DNA of 64,000 bases from Gemmatimonadota bacterium (GTDB taxonomy: Bacteria > Gemmatimonadota > Gemmatimonadetes > Palauibacterales > Palauibacteraceae). The position numbers and the translations under genes are program-made. The stretch is from the NCBI GenBank assembly GCA_965116475.1, contig OZ220691.1, positions 1,248,001-1,312,000 of the forward strand. The letters run 5' to 3'. The stretch's first letter is position 1; each line of letters starts with the position of its first letter. The notes under the pieces were generated by a model. The model had not been told where the DNA came from. It ran no database searches and saw only the letters and a program-made list of their open reading frames with translations. Positions 55,508 to 64,000 of the stretch are shown here, piece after piece.

Positions 55508-57241
55508 ATGAAATACGCCCAATTCTCGTTGTTGGCCTCAGCATTCGCACTCGGTTCGGTCGACGCCGGACCGTGGCAGGGGCCGGAGCCGTTGCTGGAG
55601 CCGTCTTCGGAGCGGGCGGCGGAACGGGCGCTGGACACGTATCCGAAGAACCCGGCCATCGATGCGCTGAACTATGCGTTCGCGCTCGCGCTGAGCGATG
55701 AGACGGACATGATCGCGGGCGAGGCGACGATCGATCTTCGTTTCCTCGAGGCGGGGATCGACGAGGTGCGGCTGGACCTGATCGAGCCGAAACCCGACGG
55801 GACCGGCATGCGGGTCGTGGCCGTCACCGGGGCCGATGGCGCGCTGCGGTTCGAGCATCGGGACGACGCGCTCTTCATCGCGCTCGCCAGTCCAACGGAG
55901 GCGGGCGAGCGGCGGCGGGTCACGGTCGCGTACGAGGGCGTTCCGGCCACCGGTCTCATCATTGGGCCCAACAAGCACGGCGACCGGACCTTCTTCAGCG
56001 ACAACTGGCCCAACAAGGCCCGGAACTGGCTGCCGACGATCGACCACCCGTACGACAAGGCGACGAGCGAACTCATCGTCACGGCGCCGGCCCACTACCA
56101 GGTCATCTCCAACGGCCTGCTCATCGAAGAGAGCGATCTCCTGGACGGCACGCGCCGCTCACACTGGAAGCAGTCGGTCCCGATCGCGACCTGGCTCTAC
56201 GCGCTCGGCGCGGCCCGCTTCGCCGTGCAGACCGTGGACTACTACAACGGCGTGCCGATCCAGACCTGGGTGTACGCGCAGGACCGGGACGCCGGCTTCC
56301 ACGACTTCGCGGTGCCGACGAAGCAGGCGATGGAGTTCTACGCCGACATGGTCGGCCCCTATTCGTACGAGAAGCTGGCGAACGTGCAGTCGAACAGCGT
56401 GGGAGGCGGCATGGAGGCGGCCACCGCCATCTTCTACGGCGACGCCTCGGTCACGGGCGAGCGGGACGTGCGGTGGCGGAACGTGATCATCCACGAGGTC
56501 GCGCATCAGTGGTTCGGGAACGCCGTCACCGAATACGACTGGGACGACGTCTGGCTGAGCGAAGGCTTCGCGACGTACTTCACGCTGCTCTTCATCGAAC
56601 ATCAATACGGGCGCGACGAGTTCATCGAGCGGTTGAAGGTGAGCCGCGACCGCATCCGGGACTTCATGCTGGTGAACCCTGACTATCGGATCGTGCACGA
56701 CAATCTCTCGGACATGGGCCTCGTCACGAGCGGGCCGGGGACGTACCAGAAGGGGTCGTGGGTGCTCCACATGCTGCGCGGAGTGGTCGGGGAGGACGCG
56801 TTCTGGGCCGGGATCCAGGCGTACTACCGGGAGTTCCGGAACCTGAACGCGACGACGGCCGACTTTCGGCGGGCGATGGAGGAGGCGTCGGGCCTCGATC
56901 TGCGGACGTTCTTCGACCAGTGGCTCTACCGCGGCGGGTGGCTGGAGTTCGAGGGCGGCTGGAGCTACGACGCGGCGGCGGGGGCGATTCACATCGACCT
57001 CCGGCAAACGCAGGACGAACGCTACACATTCCGCATGCCGGCGGAGATCGCGATCCACCTCCCTCCGGATGGCCCGATCGAGGGCGGCGTGCACGGGGGC
57101 GTGCGCGCGCCTCGATTCGAGGTGATCGAGGTCGACGGGCGGCAGGGTCGCTTCACGATCCCCGTTCCGGCGGAGCCGCTCGATGTCGTCTTCGACCCGA
57201 ACACGTGGCTTCTCATGGATGCGGCGTTCGAGCGTCGGTAA
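55508..57241 (+). CDS. M1 family aminopeptidase, secreted
   Basis: GGMEA, HEVAHQWFG...WLSEGFA and YQKG. Confidence 0.93.
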   Translation: MKYAQFSLLASAFALGSVDAGPWQGPEPLLEPSSERAAERALDTYPKNPAIDALNYAFALALSDETDMIAGEATIDLRFLEAGIDEVRLDLIEPKPDGTGMRVVAVTGADGALRFEHRDDALFIALASPTEAGERRRVTVAYEGVPATGLIIGPNKHGDRTFFSDNWPNKARNWLPTIDHPYDKATSELIVTAPAHYQVISNGLLIEESDLLDGTRRSHWKQSVPIATWLYALGAARFAVQTVDYYNGVPIQTWVYAQDRDAGFHDFAVPTKQAMEFYADMVGPYSYEKLANVQSNSVGGGMEAATAIFYGDASVTGERDVRWRNVIIHEVAHQWFGNAVTEYDWDDVWLSEGFATYFTLLFIEHQYGRDEFIERLKVSRDRIRDFMLVNPDYRIVHDNLSDMGLVTSGPGTYQKGSWVLHMLRGVVGEDAFWAGIQAYYREFRNLNATTADFRRAMEEASGLDLRTFFDQWLYRGGWLEFEGGWSYDAAAGAIHIDLRQTQDERYTFRMPAEIAIHLPPDGPIEGGVHGGVRAPRFEVIEVDGRQGRFTIPVPAEPLDVVFDPNTWLLMDAAFERR

Positions 57242-57399
57242 ATGCCGGGCCTGTTCACGGACGGCGAAACGCGGGGCGTGGTCCGGCCGTCCTGTTACGG
57301 GCGCCCCGCCGGACGCTTGCACGGAGTCCGGCGCATGGGTCAGCTTTGACGCCGCTTTGGCGCCGGATTGACTCGCTTCGGGAGGGGACGCGCCACCTG

Positions 57400-58761
57400 G
57401 TGATCGATCGACGGGAGTTCCTGAAGAGCGCGACGGCCGGCGCGGCTGCGGCCGGACTGTCGCTCGGCGGCGCATCTCCCCTCATCGGCGCGCCTCCGCC
57501 CCCGCGCTCGGCTCCCGTGCGACGACCCGCCGGCCAGCCCCCCGACATCGTCGTGATCGGCGCCGGAAACTTCGGGATCTGGACGGCGCTCAACCTCGTC
57601 CGGCTCGGGGCCACCGTGACCGTGCTCGACGCCTACGGCCCCGGCAACTCGCGCTCCACCTCGGGCGGGGAAACGCGCGGCGTCCGGTCCTCCTACGGGG
57701 GGCGCCCGGAGGGCTTCGTGTGGAATCGCTGGGCCAACGAGGCCATCCGGCGCTGGATCCAGTGGGACGAGGAGGGACAGGAACTCCTCCTGCCGCGCGT
57801 CTTCTATCAGACGGGCGATCTCATCCTGCGCGAGGAGATGGTCCCCTATCTCGAAGACACGATGGGCCAGTGGGACCGGCTCGGCGTCGACTACGAGCTG
57901 CTTGACGTGGACGAGATCAACTACCGCTGGCCCTGGATCCGGACGGAGGAGGGGGTCTCCCTCGGGCTCCACGAACCCAACGCGGGCGTCGTGCGGGCGC
58001 GGCGGGCCATCGAATCCGTGGCGAAGCGGTTCGAGATGGAGGGGGGCGAGATCCGGATCGCGCGCGCCGCCCTCGGGGGATCGGACGGCCGGCGGCTGAA
58101 CGACGTGACCCTCGGCGGCGACGAACGTATGGCGGCCTCGACGTTCGTGTTCGCGGTGGGGCCCTGGATGGGGAAGACGTTCCCGGAACTGTTCGGGGAC
58201 AGGATCCGCATCCCCGTGGGCAACGTGTTCTACTTCGCGGTACCTGATCAGCGCTTCATGTTCCCCAACATGCCGAGCTACGGCGTGCCGGGCTGTACGG
58301 GCTGGCCGGCCTTGGGCCCGGACCACCGCGGCTTCCGGGTGCGGGTCGGCGGGCAGGCCGGCGACGATCCGGACACGAGCGACCGCTGGGTGCCGCCGGA
58401 GGCCCACGAGCGGCCGCGCGAGATCCTCGAGCGCTACTTCCCCGACATGATGGGCGCGGCCGTCAACGAGACGCGCGCCTGCCACTACTGCTTCGGCCCC
58501 AGCCGCAACTTCCTCATCGACCGGCATCCCGACTTCGACAACGTGTGGCTCGCGGGCCTGGGGACGGCCGAGTCGTTCAAGCAGGGGCCGGTGCTCGGCG
58601 AGTACATCGCCAAGCGCGTGCTGGAGATCGAGGACGATCCCGAACTGGCCGAACAGTTCAGGTTCTCGCTCGAGGCGCCGGAAGGCCGGGAGCCGGGACC
58701 GCAGCCAGGGCCGGAGCCATGGCCGGACTCAGGGCCGGACCCGGACGATCTGGGCGGTTGA
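57400..58761 (+). CDS. Tat-exported FAD-dependent oxidoreductase (sarcosine oxidase/SolA-like)
   Basis: DRREFLK Tat motif; GAGNFG, SGGETR, ACHY and FLIDRHP. Confidence 0.85.
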   Translation: MIDRREFLKSATAGAAAAGLSLGGASPLIGAPPPPRSAPVRRPAGQPPDIVVIGAGNFGIWTALNLVRLGATVTVLDAYGPGNSRSTSGGETRGVRSSYGGRPEGFVWNRWANEAIRRWIQWDEEGQELLLPRVFYQTGDLILREEMVPYLEDTMGQWDRLGVDYELLDVDEINYRWPWIRTEEGVSLGLHEPNAGVVRARRAIESVAKRFEMEGGEIRIARAALGGSDGRRLNDVTLGGDERMAASTFVFAVGPWMGKTFPELFGDRIRIPVGNVFYFAVPDQRFMFPNMPSYGVPGCTGWPALGPDHRGFRVRVGGQAGDDPDTSDRWVPPEAHERPREILERYFPDMMGAAVNETRACHYCFGPSRNFLIDRHPDFDNVWLAGLGTAESFKQGPVLGEYIAKRVLEIEDDPELAEQFRFSLEAPEGREPGPQPGPEPWPDSGPDPDDLGG

Positions 58762-60686
58762 CCGTGCGACGTTTCTTCCCCACGGCAGCCCTCGCCTCCG
58801 TAGCCGCCGCTGTCGCGGTCGCCGGCTGCTACGGGCCGCTGCAACTCACGCCGTCGGACCACGCCACGGTCCTCGCCGAGCAGTCGCTGGACGCCGACCA
58901 CCCCGCCCTCCCCGGGCCCTACCGCGTCTCGCGCCTCTACTACGGGAGCGGCACGGACCGGCGCCGGCCCGAGTACCGGGACTCCGTGTCGATCGTGACG
59001 GAGACCGTCGACGCCTCCAAGCTCGTCTCCCTCGGCGCGACCGCGAGCGAACGGAACGGCTACTGGGGCTTCACGCCGAAGGAATTCCCGATCAACGGAC
59101 GCGCGTGGTATCCCGAGGGCGATGGTCCCTTCCCGCTGGTTCTCATCGTTCACGGGAACCACGACATGAGGGACTTCTCCGACCCCGGGTACGGCTATCT
59201 CGGCGAGTTGCTCGCCAGCCGGGGCTACGTGTTCGCCTCCGTCGACATGAACTTCATCAACGGCGGCATCCGCAACGAGAACGACGGGCGGGGGTGGTTT
59301 CTCCTCAAACACATCGACGCCTTCAAGGAATTCGCGGCGGACGAAGCGACCCCGTTCCACGGGAAGATCGACTTCGACCGCATCGCTCTCATCGGTCATT
59401 CCCGCGGGGGCGAAGCCGTGGGGCATGCCGCCGCCTTCAACCGGCTGTCCCGGTATCCGGACGACGCTTCGCTGGAGTTCGACTTCAACCACGGCATCCG
59501 CGGCATCATCGCCATCGCCCCGGTGGACGGCCAGTATCTGCCCACCGGACGGCTCGTCCCGGTCGAGAACGTCAACTACATGGTGTTCCACGGCTCGCAC
59601 GACGGCGACGTGACGAGCTTTCACGGCCTGCGCCTCTATAATCGCCTTTCCTTCACGGATGGGGGTGACTACTTCAAGACGGCCATCTACATGTACCGGG
59701 CCAATCACGGACAGTGGAACACCGTCTGGGGGAACAAGGACAATGGACCCCGCAGCGCGCGGCGCCTCGACCTGCGCGGTCTCATAGACGGCGAGGGACA
59801 GCGGGAGTTCGGGAAGATCTATATCTCCGCCTTTCTGGAGACCGTGCTGCGCGACCGTCCCGACTACCTGCCGATGTTCCGGGACCATCGCACGATCGGG
59901 GGCTGGCTGCCGGAGACGATGTACATCACGCAGTTCGAGTCGAGCGGCTTCCGGCCGCTCGCGTCGTTCGAGGAGGACATCGACCTCAACACGGGCACGG
60001 CGCCCGGCGTGACGCTGGAGGGAGATTCGCTCGGGACGTGGCGGGAGAACCTCCTCGACCTCCGCTCGCGGAACCGGCCCACGACGTCGAGTTCGCAGGA
60101 CAACAACGCGCTCTGGCTGGGCTGGAACAACCGCGTGGCCGGCGACGGGGGCGCGGACGGGGCCGCGGTCGGGACGCCCGCCAGCTACGCCATCTCCCTG
60201 CCGGACGGGCTGGCCGCGGATTGGGGGTTGAGCGCGGCGTCGCGGCTGGACCTGCAACTCGGGGCCCTGGAGGGCCGGCCCCCGCCGAGAAGGCCGGAAG
60301 GCGACGACGAGGCGCAGGGCGGAGGAGGCGACGGGCGGGACGGAGATGCCAGGCGGGACGGAGACACCGATCAGGACGGAGACGACGAGCCCGTGGACCT
60401 GTCCGTTGTCGTGATGGACGCCCACGGCGAGTCGGCAGCCGTGCGCCTGTCGGACTACGGGCCCATCCGGCGCCCCCTCGAGACCGTCGTGCGGCGCCGC
60501 AACGACGCGGAATCGTTCGACAACCAGTGGGAACTCGTGCTCCAGTCCTTCTCCATCCCGCTCGCCGACTTCGTCGCGGCCAATCCCTCATTCGATCCGA
60601 CCGGCCCGCGAGAGATCCGCCTCCTCTTCGACCGCACGGCGGCCGGCACCGTCGTGGTGGACGACATCGGCTTTTCCGGAAGCTGA
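58758..60686 (+). CDS. Alpha/beta hydrolase lipoprotein with C-terminal beta domain
   Basis: Lipobox VAGC; HGNH, GHSRGG, HDGDV and ANHGQWN. Confidence 0.85.
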   Translation: MTVRRFFPTAALASVAAAVAVAGCYGPLQLTPSDHATVLAEQSLDADHPALPGPYRVSRLYYGSGTDRRRPEYRDSVSIVTETVDASKLVSLGATASERNGYWGFTPKEFPINGRAWYPEGDGPFPLVLIVHGNHDMRDFSDPGYGYLGELLASRGYVFASVDMNFINGGIRNENDGRGWFLLKHIDAFKEFAADEATPFHGKIDFDRIALIGHSRGGEAVGHAAAFNRLSRYPDDASLEFDFNHGIRGIIAIAPVDGQYLPTGRLVPVENVNYMVFHGSHDGDVTSFHGLRLYNRLSFTDGGDYFKTAIYMYRANHGQWNTVWGNKDNGPRSARRLDLRGLIDGEGQREFGKIYISAFLETVLRDRPDYLPMFRDHRTIGGWLPETMYITQFESSGFRPLASFEEDIDLNTGTAPGVTLEGDSLGTWRENLLDLRSRNRPTTSSSQDNNALWLGWNNRVAGDGGADGAAVGTPASYAISLPDGLAADWGLSAASRLDLQLGALEGRPPPRRPEGDDEAQGGGGDGRDGDARRDGDTDQDGDDEPVDLSVVVMDAHGESAAVRLSDYGPIRRPLETVVRRRNDAESFDNQWELVLQSFSIPLADFVAANPSFDPTGPREIRLLFDRTAAGTVVVDDIGFSGS

Positions 60687-60704
60687 CGGATGCCGAGCCG
60701 GCCG

Positions 60705-62342
60705 TCAGCCGGCGAACTCCAGGCGTTGCAGACGGGGAGCGATTTGGCGGGCCACGAGCCTGGGCGCCACCGCGTTGGCGAGGACCAGCGCCACGATAGT
60801 CGAGATGGTCGCGGTGGTGCTGGCGTAGGCGGCGCCGAGGGGCAGGGGCAGCAGCGCGATCAGGATTCCGGATACCACCATCGCCGAGAACACGCCGACG
60901 CTGAAGCCGCCCTTGGCCGGAGGCTCGGAGAAGGGGAGGCGCGGCGCCAGCAGCAATCTCACCTGAACGGCCAGGTTGGAGATCAGCCCCAGAACGACGG
61001 CGTGCGCGACGGCATGCAGGATGTCCCCGAAAGCCCACACGAAGACCCCGGCCAGGATCGTCAGGTACGGAACCAGTACGAAGAGCGCGATGCAGTGACC
61101 CGCGCCGGTGACGAGCCTGGCGCGGTCCACCGGGAAGGCGAAGAAGATCCAGCCGGCGCGAAAGGACTCGCTGCGGAAGAGGCTCTCCAGCAACATCTGC
61201 GGCCCCCCGATCGCCACGAAGTGGATCGCCCAGAGGCGACCGGCTCCGATCCCCGGTTCGACGAACGGGTCGGGCAGCGAACCCCCGCGCAAGGACATAT
61301 AGACATAGAGCAGCGTCATCGGGGCGATGCTCAGCACCGACATCCGGAAGTTCCTGTCGTGCCTGAAGTTGCCCTTCAGCAACGTGGCCACGGCCCGCAC
61401 TTCCACGGGGAATCGGCGCCGCGCGGACCGCATTGGCGAGACCTTGCTGCGGTCGGCGGCAGAGGCGGTGAGCAGGGCACCCATCCGTTCGGCGTAGGAG
61501 AGCGACAGACGTCGGCTCACGATGTAGAAGAGACAGACGGTACTCCCCGCCGCAGTGAGGACGGCAAGCACCCCGGTAAGGCTCCACTCCCCGTTGACCA
61601 GCGGCAGGGCGCTCGCAAACCAGGCGGCGGGAAGGGCATACACGGCCGGAGATGTGCCGATTTCCACGGCTTCCAACCGATCCTCCAATTCGCCCAGGAG
61701 CAGCGGCGCGGCCACGACGCCCGTCACAAGCAACACCTGGATGTACGAGAGGATGCGGTCGAATCGGGCCGGCCGAACGACACGAATGAGCCACGCGTAC
61801 ACAGAGACGATGGCGAGGGCCGTCCAGGCGATGGCGGCGGCCGCTATGACGGGGAAGACGACCGCGGTGATGAGGCCGTGCCTGACGCCGAGGAATATCC
61901 ACGTGGGTCCCGTGACGAGGGCCCCGATCATCCCCGCGTAGAGGAGAACGTTCGTGAGCTTGACGAGAAAGTACGTCCGCGACGAAACGGGTTGGTGGGC
62001 GAGAATCTCGTAGTCGGTCGGCGAGATGACGACGGATCCGTAGTCGATGAGAATGACCATCGCCACGACGAGTCCCGTCATGCTCAACGACCAGACGGCA
62101 GAAAGAAAGAGATCCGGAAGCACGAAGACCACCGCCAGGCTGTACAGGCCGAACGCGCCGTACAGGATCAGCGTCATCCACTGTGTGCCGGCACCTTCGC
62201 GGGCGGGAGAGTTCCCCATCTGCAGTGCCGAGGCGGAACGGAAGTCCGTCTTCAGCATCACGCGCGTGAGCACCCGCCACTGGGTGTAGTCCGCGCCGAG
62301 CTTCTCGACACACCACTCCACGAGCCGTGCCGCGGCGTTCAT
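60705..62342 (-). CDS. ABC exporter permease
   Basis: About 12 TM helices; DYEILAHQPVS; coupled to an ABC ATPase. Confidence 0.8.
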   Translation of the reverse strand: MNAAARLVEWCVEKLGADYTQWRVLTRVMLKTDFRSASALQMGNSPAREGAGTQWMTLILYGAFGLYSLAVVFVLPDLFLSAVWSLSMTGLVVAMVILIDYGSVVISPTDYEILAHQPVSSRTYFLVKLTNVLLYAGMIGALVTGPTWIFLGVRHGLITAVVFPVIAAAAIAWTALAIVSVYAWLIRVVRPARFDRILSYIQVLLVTGVVAAPLLLGELEDRLEAVEIGTSPAVYALPAAWFASALPLVNGEWSLTGVLAVLTAAGSTVCLFYIVSRRLSLSYAERMGALLTASAADRSKVSPMRSARRRFPVEVRAVATLLKGNFRHDRNFRMSVLSIAPMTLLYVYMSLRGGSLPDPFVEPGIGAGRLWAIHFVAIGGPQMLLESLFRSESFRAGWIFFAFPVDRARLVTGAGHCIALFVLVPYLTILAGVFVWAFGDILHAVAHAVVLGLISNLAVQVRLLLAPRLPFSEPPAKGGFSVGVFSAMVVSGILIALLPLPLGAAYASTTATISTIVALVLANAVAPRLVARQIAPRLQRLEFAG

Positions 62343-63148
62343 GCCGAACGCTCGGCGGACCCCGGGGCGTCGGCGGCCGGAACGGAATCATCGAGCGCGC
62401 GAAGGAGGTCCCGGGTGACGTCTCCGGCGTCTCTCACGCCCGTGAGCCGGGCGAACGCCTCCTCGAGGCTCGCGGCGCCGGCCTCGGCGGCGATGCGATC
62501 CGGCACGCCCTCGATGATCTTTCGGCCCCCGTCCACGATCACGATGCGCGTGCAGATCCGCTCCACGACTTCGAGGATATGCGAGCAGAAGAGAATCGTC
62601 CGTCCCTTCGCGGCGAGTTCGCGCAGGAGTTGCTTGACGACGAGGGCGGCGTTCGCATCGATCCCGCTCAGCGGCTCGTCGAGGAACAGCACGTCCGGGT
62701 TGCCCAGCAGCGCGGCGCTGATCAGGACCTTCTGCCGCATCCCCTTCGAGTGGCCGACAAGGCGCCGGTCCCGCGCATCGAGAATGTCGAAGAGATCCAG
62801 AAACTCGTTGATCTTCCGGTCCGCGCGCTCTCCGTCGATGCCCCGCAGGTTCGCGACCATGTTCAGGTATTCGCCGGCGGTCAGGGTTTCGTACAACGCC
62901 CCGGCCTCCGGGACGTAGCCGATCCGGCGCTTGACCTCCAACGGATCCTCCTCGACATCGAAACCGGCGATCGATGCGGAACCGCTCGTCGGTTTGATCA
63001 TGCACGTGAGGATCTTCACGGTCGTCGTCTTGCCGGCTCCGTTCGGCCCCAGCAGGCCGAGGATCTCGCCGGGCTCGACGCGGAGATCGAGATCCTGGAC
63101 GGCCTTCGTGGCGCCGAAGTGACGGGTCAGACCGCGGGTCTCGATCAA
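62339..63148 (-). CDS. ABC transporter ATP-binding protein
   Basis: GPNGAGKTT, SKGMRQK, LDEP and SH. Confidence 0.95.
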   Translation of the reverse strand: MIETRGLTRHFGATKAVQDLDLRVEPGEILGLLGPNGAGKTTTVKILTCMIKPTSGSASIAGFDVEEDPLEVKRRIGYVPEAGALYETLTAGEYLNMVANLRGIDGERADRKINEFLDLFDILDARDRRLVGHSKGMRQKVLISAALLGNPDVLFLDEPLSGIDANAALVVKQLLRELAAKGRTILFCSHILEVVERICTRIVIVDGGRKIIEGVPDRIAAEAGAASLEEAFARLTGVRDAGDVTRDLLRALDDSVPAADAPGSAERSA

Positions 63149-63151
63149 GGT

Positions 63152-64000
63152 CTAGCGGAAGGTGAGGCCGAAGCGGTGGGCGTTTCCCTCCACGTCGAAG
63201 GCTTGGAACGCGTACTCGAGGGTCAGGGCGTCACCCGTGAACGCGAGACCGAAGGTGAACGGGCTCCTTTTGTCCTCCACCACGCGCTGGAGTCCGGCGC
63301 GGAGGCGGAACGTGTAGCCCTGCACGGGCCAGTAGGAGATCTCCAGGCCGCCGGCCGGGATGATTTCGCCGTCCCGGCGCCGCGCGATCTGGCTGGTGAG
63401 AAACATGTCCAGCTCCCCGACCTCGAAGCTCTCCGTCGAAATGCCCAGGGCCAACTGCGTGGGGATTCTAAGCTCCCGTCCACTGTGGTTCAGATCAGAC
63501 CCCAGGTTGCGGGCGGCGAGACTGACCATCGCCGGTCCGAATCGTCGCGCGACGCCTACGTCCAGCAGCGTCGCTCGCTCCGTCCGGCCGAGGTACTGGT
63601 ACTCGAGGTGCTTCGCGACGATTCCCGCACCCACCGCACCGAAGAGTTCTCGCGCATAGCCAAAGGAAACGACGAACTCGGTCAGCGGCGGGCCATCCCC
63701 CTCAAGGGCCGGAAACTGGAGGTTCGGTGCCCCGGGGAATCGTTCGGTGTTGTAGCGGAAGTACTGCAGGCCCACCGCGAAATCCCCGAGTCCTGTGGAT
63801 CCCGTGCCGGCGAGCGTCGCCAGCGTGCCCTCGGAACCGTAACGGTGGAGACCCGCCGCAAAACCATCGGTGCGGTCGATCAGGGCGGGCGCGTAGAAGA
63901 TCAACTCCGCCCCGCGGCCTAGCAGATAGGGCGCGTTCCCGTAGGACGCGGCTTCGACGCCGGCGGGAGCTTCGAACACGAGTCCGGCGTATCCGGCGAA
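63152..64000 (-). CDS. PorV/PorQ-like outer-membrane beta-barrel protein; N-terminus outside the window
   Basis: Alternating beta-strand pattern; FYAPA, DVG, RNLG and LRAG motifs; C-terminal HRFGLTF. Confidence 0.65.
   Translation of the reverse strand, partial: FAGYAGLVFEAPAGVEAASYGNAPYLLGRGAELIFYAPALIDRTDGFAAGLHRYGSEGTLATLAGTGSTGLGDFAVGLQYFRYNTERFPGAPNLQFPALEGDGPPLTEFVVSFGYARELFGAVGAGIVAKHLEYQYLGRTERATLLDVGVARRFGPAMVSLAARNLGSDLNHSGRELRIPTQLALGISTESFEVGELDMFLTSQIARRRDGEIIPAGGLEISYWPVQGYTFRLRAGLQRVVEDKRSPFTFGLAFTGDALTLEYAFQAFDVEGNAHRFGLTFR

Overview
This is a very GC-rich bacterial chromosomal window. Gene content (alternative complex III, a PorV/PorQ-like barrel, many secreted peptidases and amidohydrolases, a 6-bladed propeller) suggests Gemmatimonadota; that assignment is inference. 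In order it carries: the 3' part of an alternative complex III operon (actB-C-D-E-F), a stand-alone sucA, an MBL hydrolase, an acyltransferase, MscS, a metal-homeostasis cluster (DUF411, His-rich CDF, duplicated His/Cys mini-protein, ZIP-like protein), a class A PBP, a Thr/Ser dehydratase, a his operon, an ECF sigma operon, a long run of peptidases and transporters, ilvE, and an accessory stretch at about 49.8-55.4 kb (coiled-coil repeat gene, PD-(D/E)xK nuclease, Panacea-type toxin-antitoxin pair). Highlights: (1) one HisA-HisI-HisE-HisD polypeptide whose HisI/E parts resemble fungal HIS4; (2) an unannotated, apparently leaderless His-codon attenuator before hisG; (3) two hendecad-repeat membrane coiled-coil genes 44 kb apart that share a homologous promoter region; (4) a tandem YjbQ protein with complementary motif losses; (5) a frameshifted amidohydrolase paralogue. 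No rRNA, tRNA, CRISPR array or transposase was seen. All family calls come from motif recognition by eye, not database searches.
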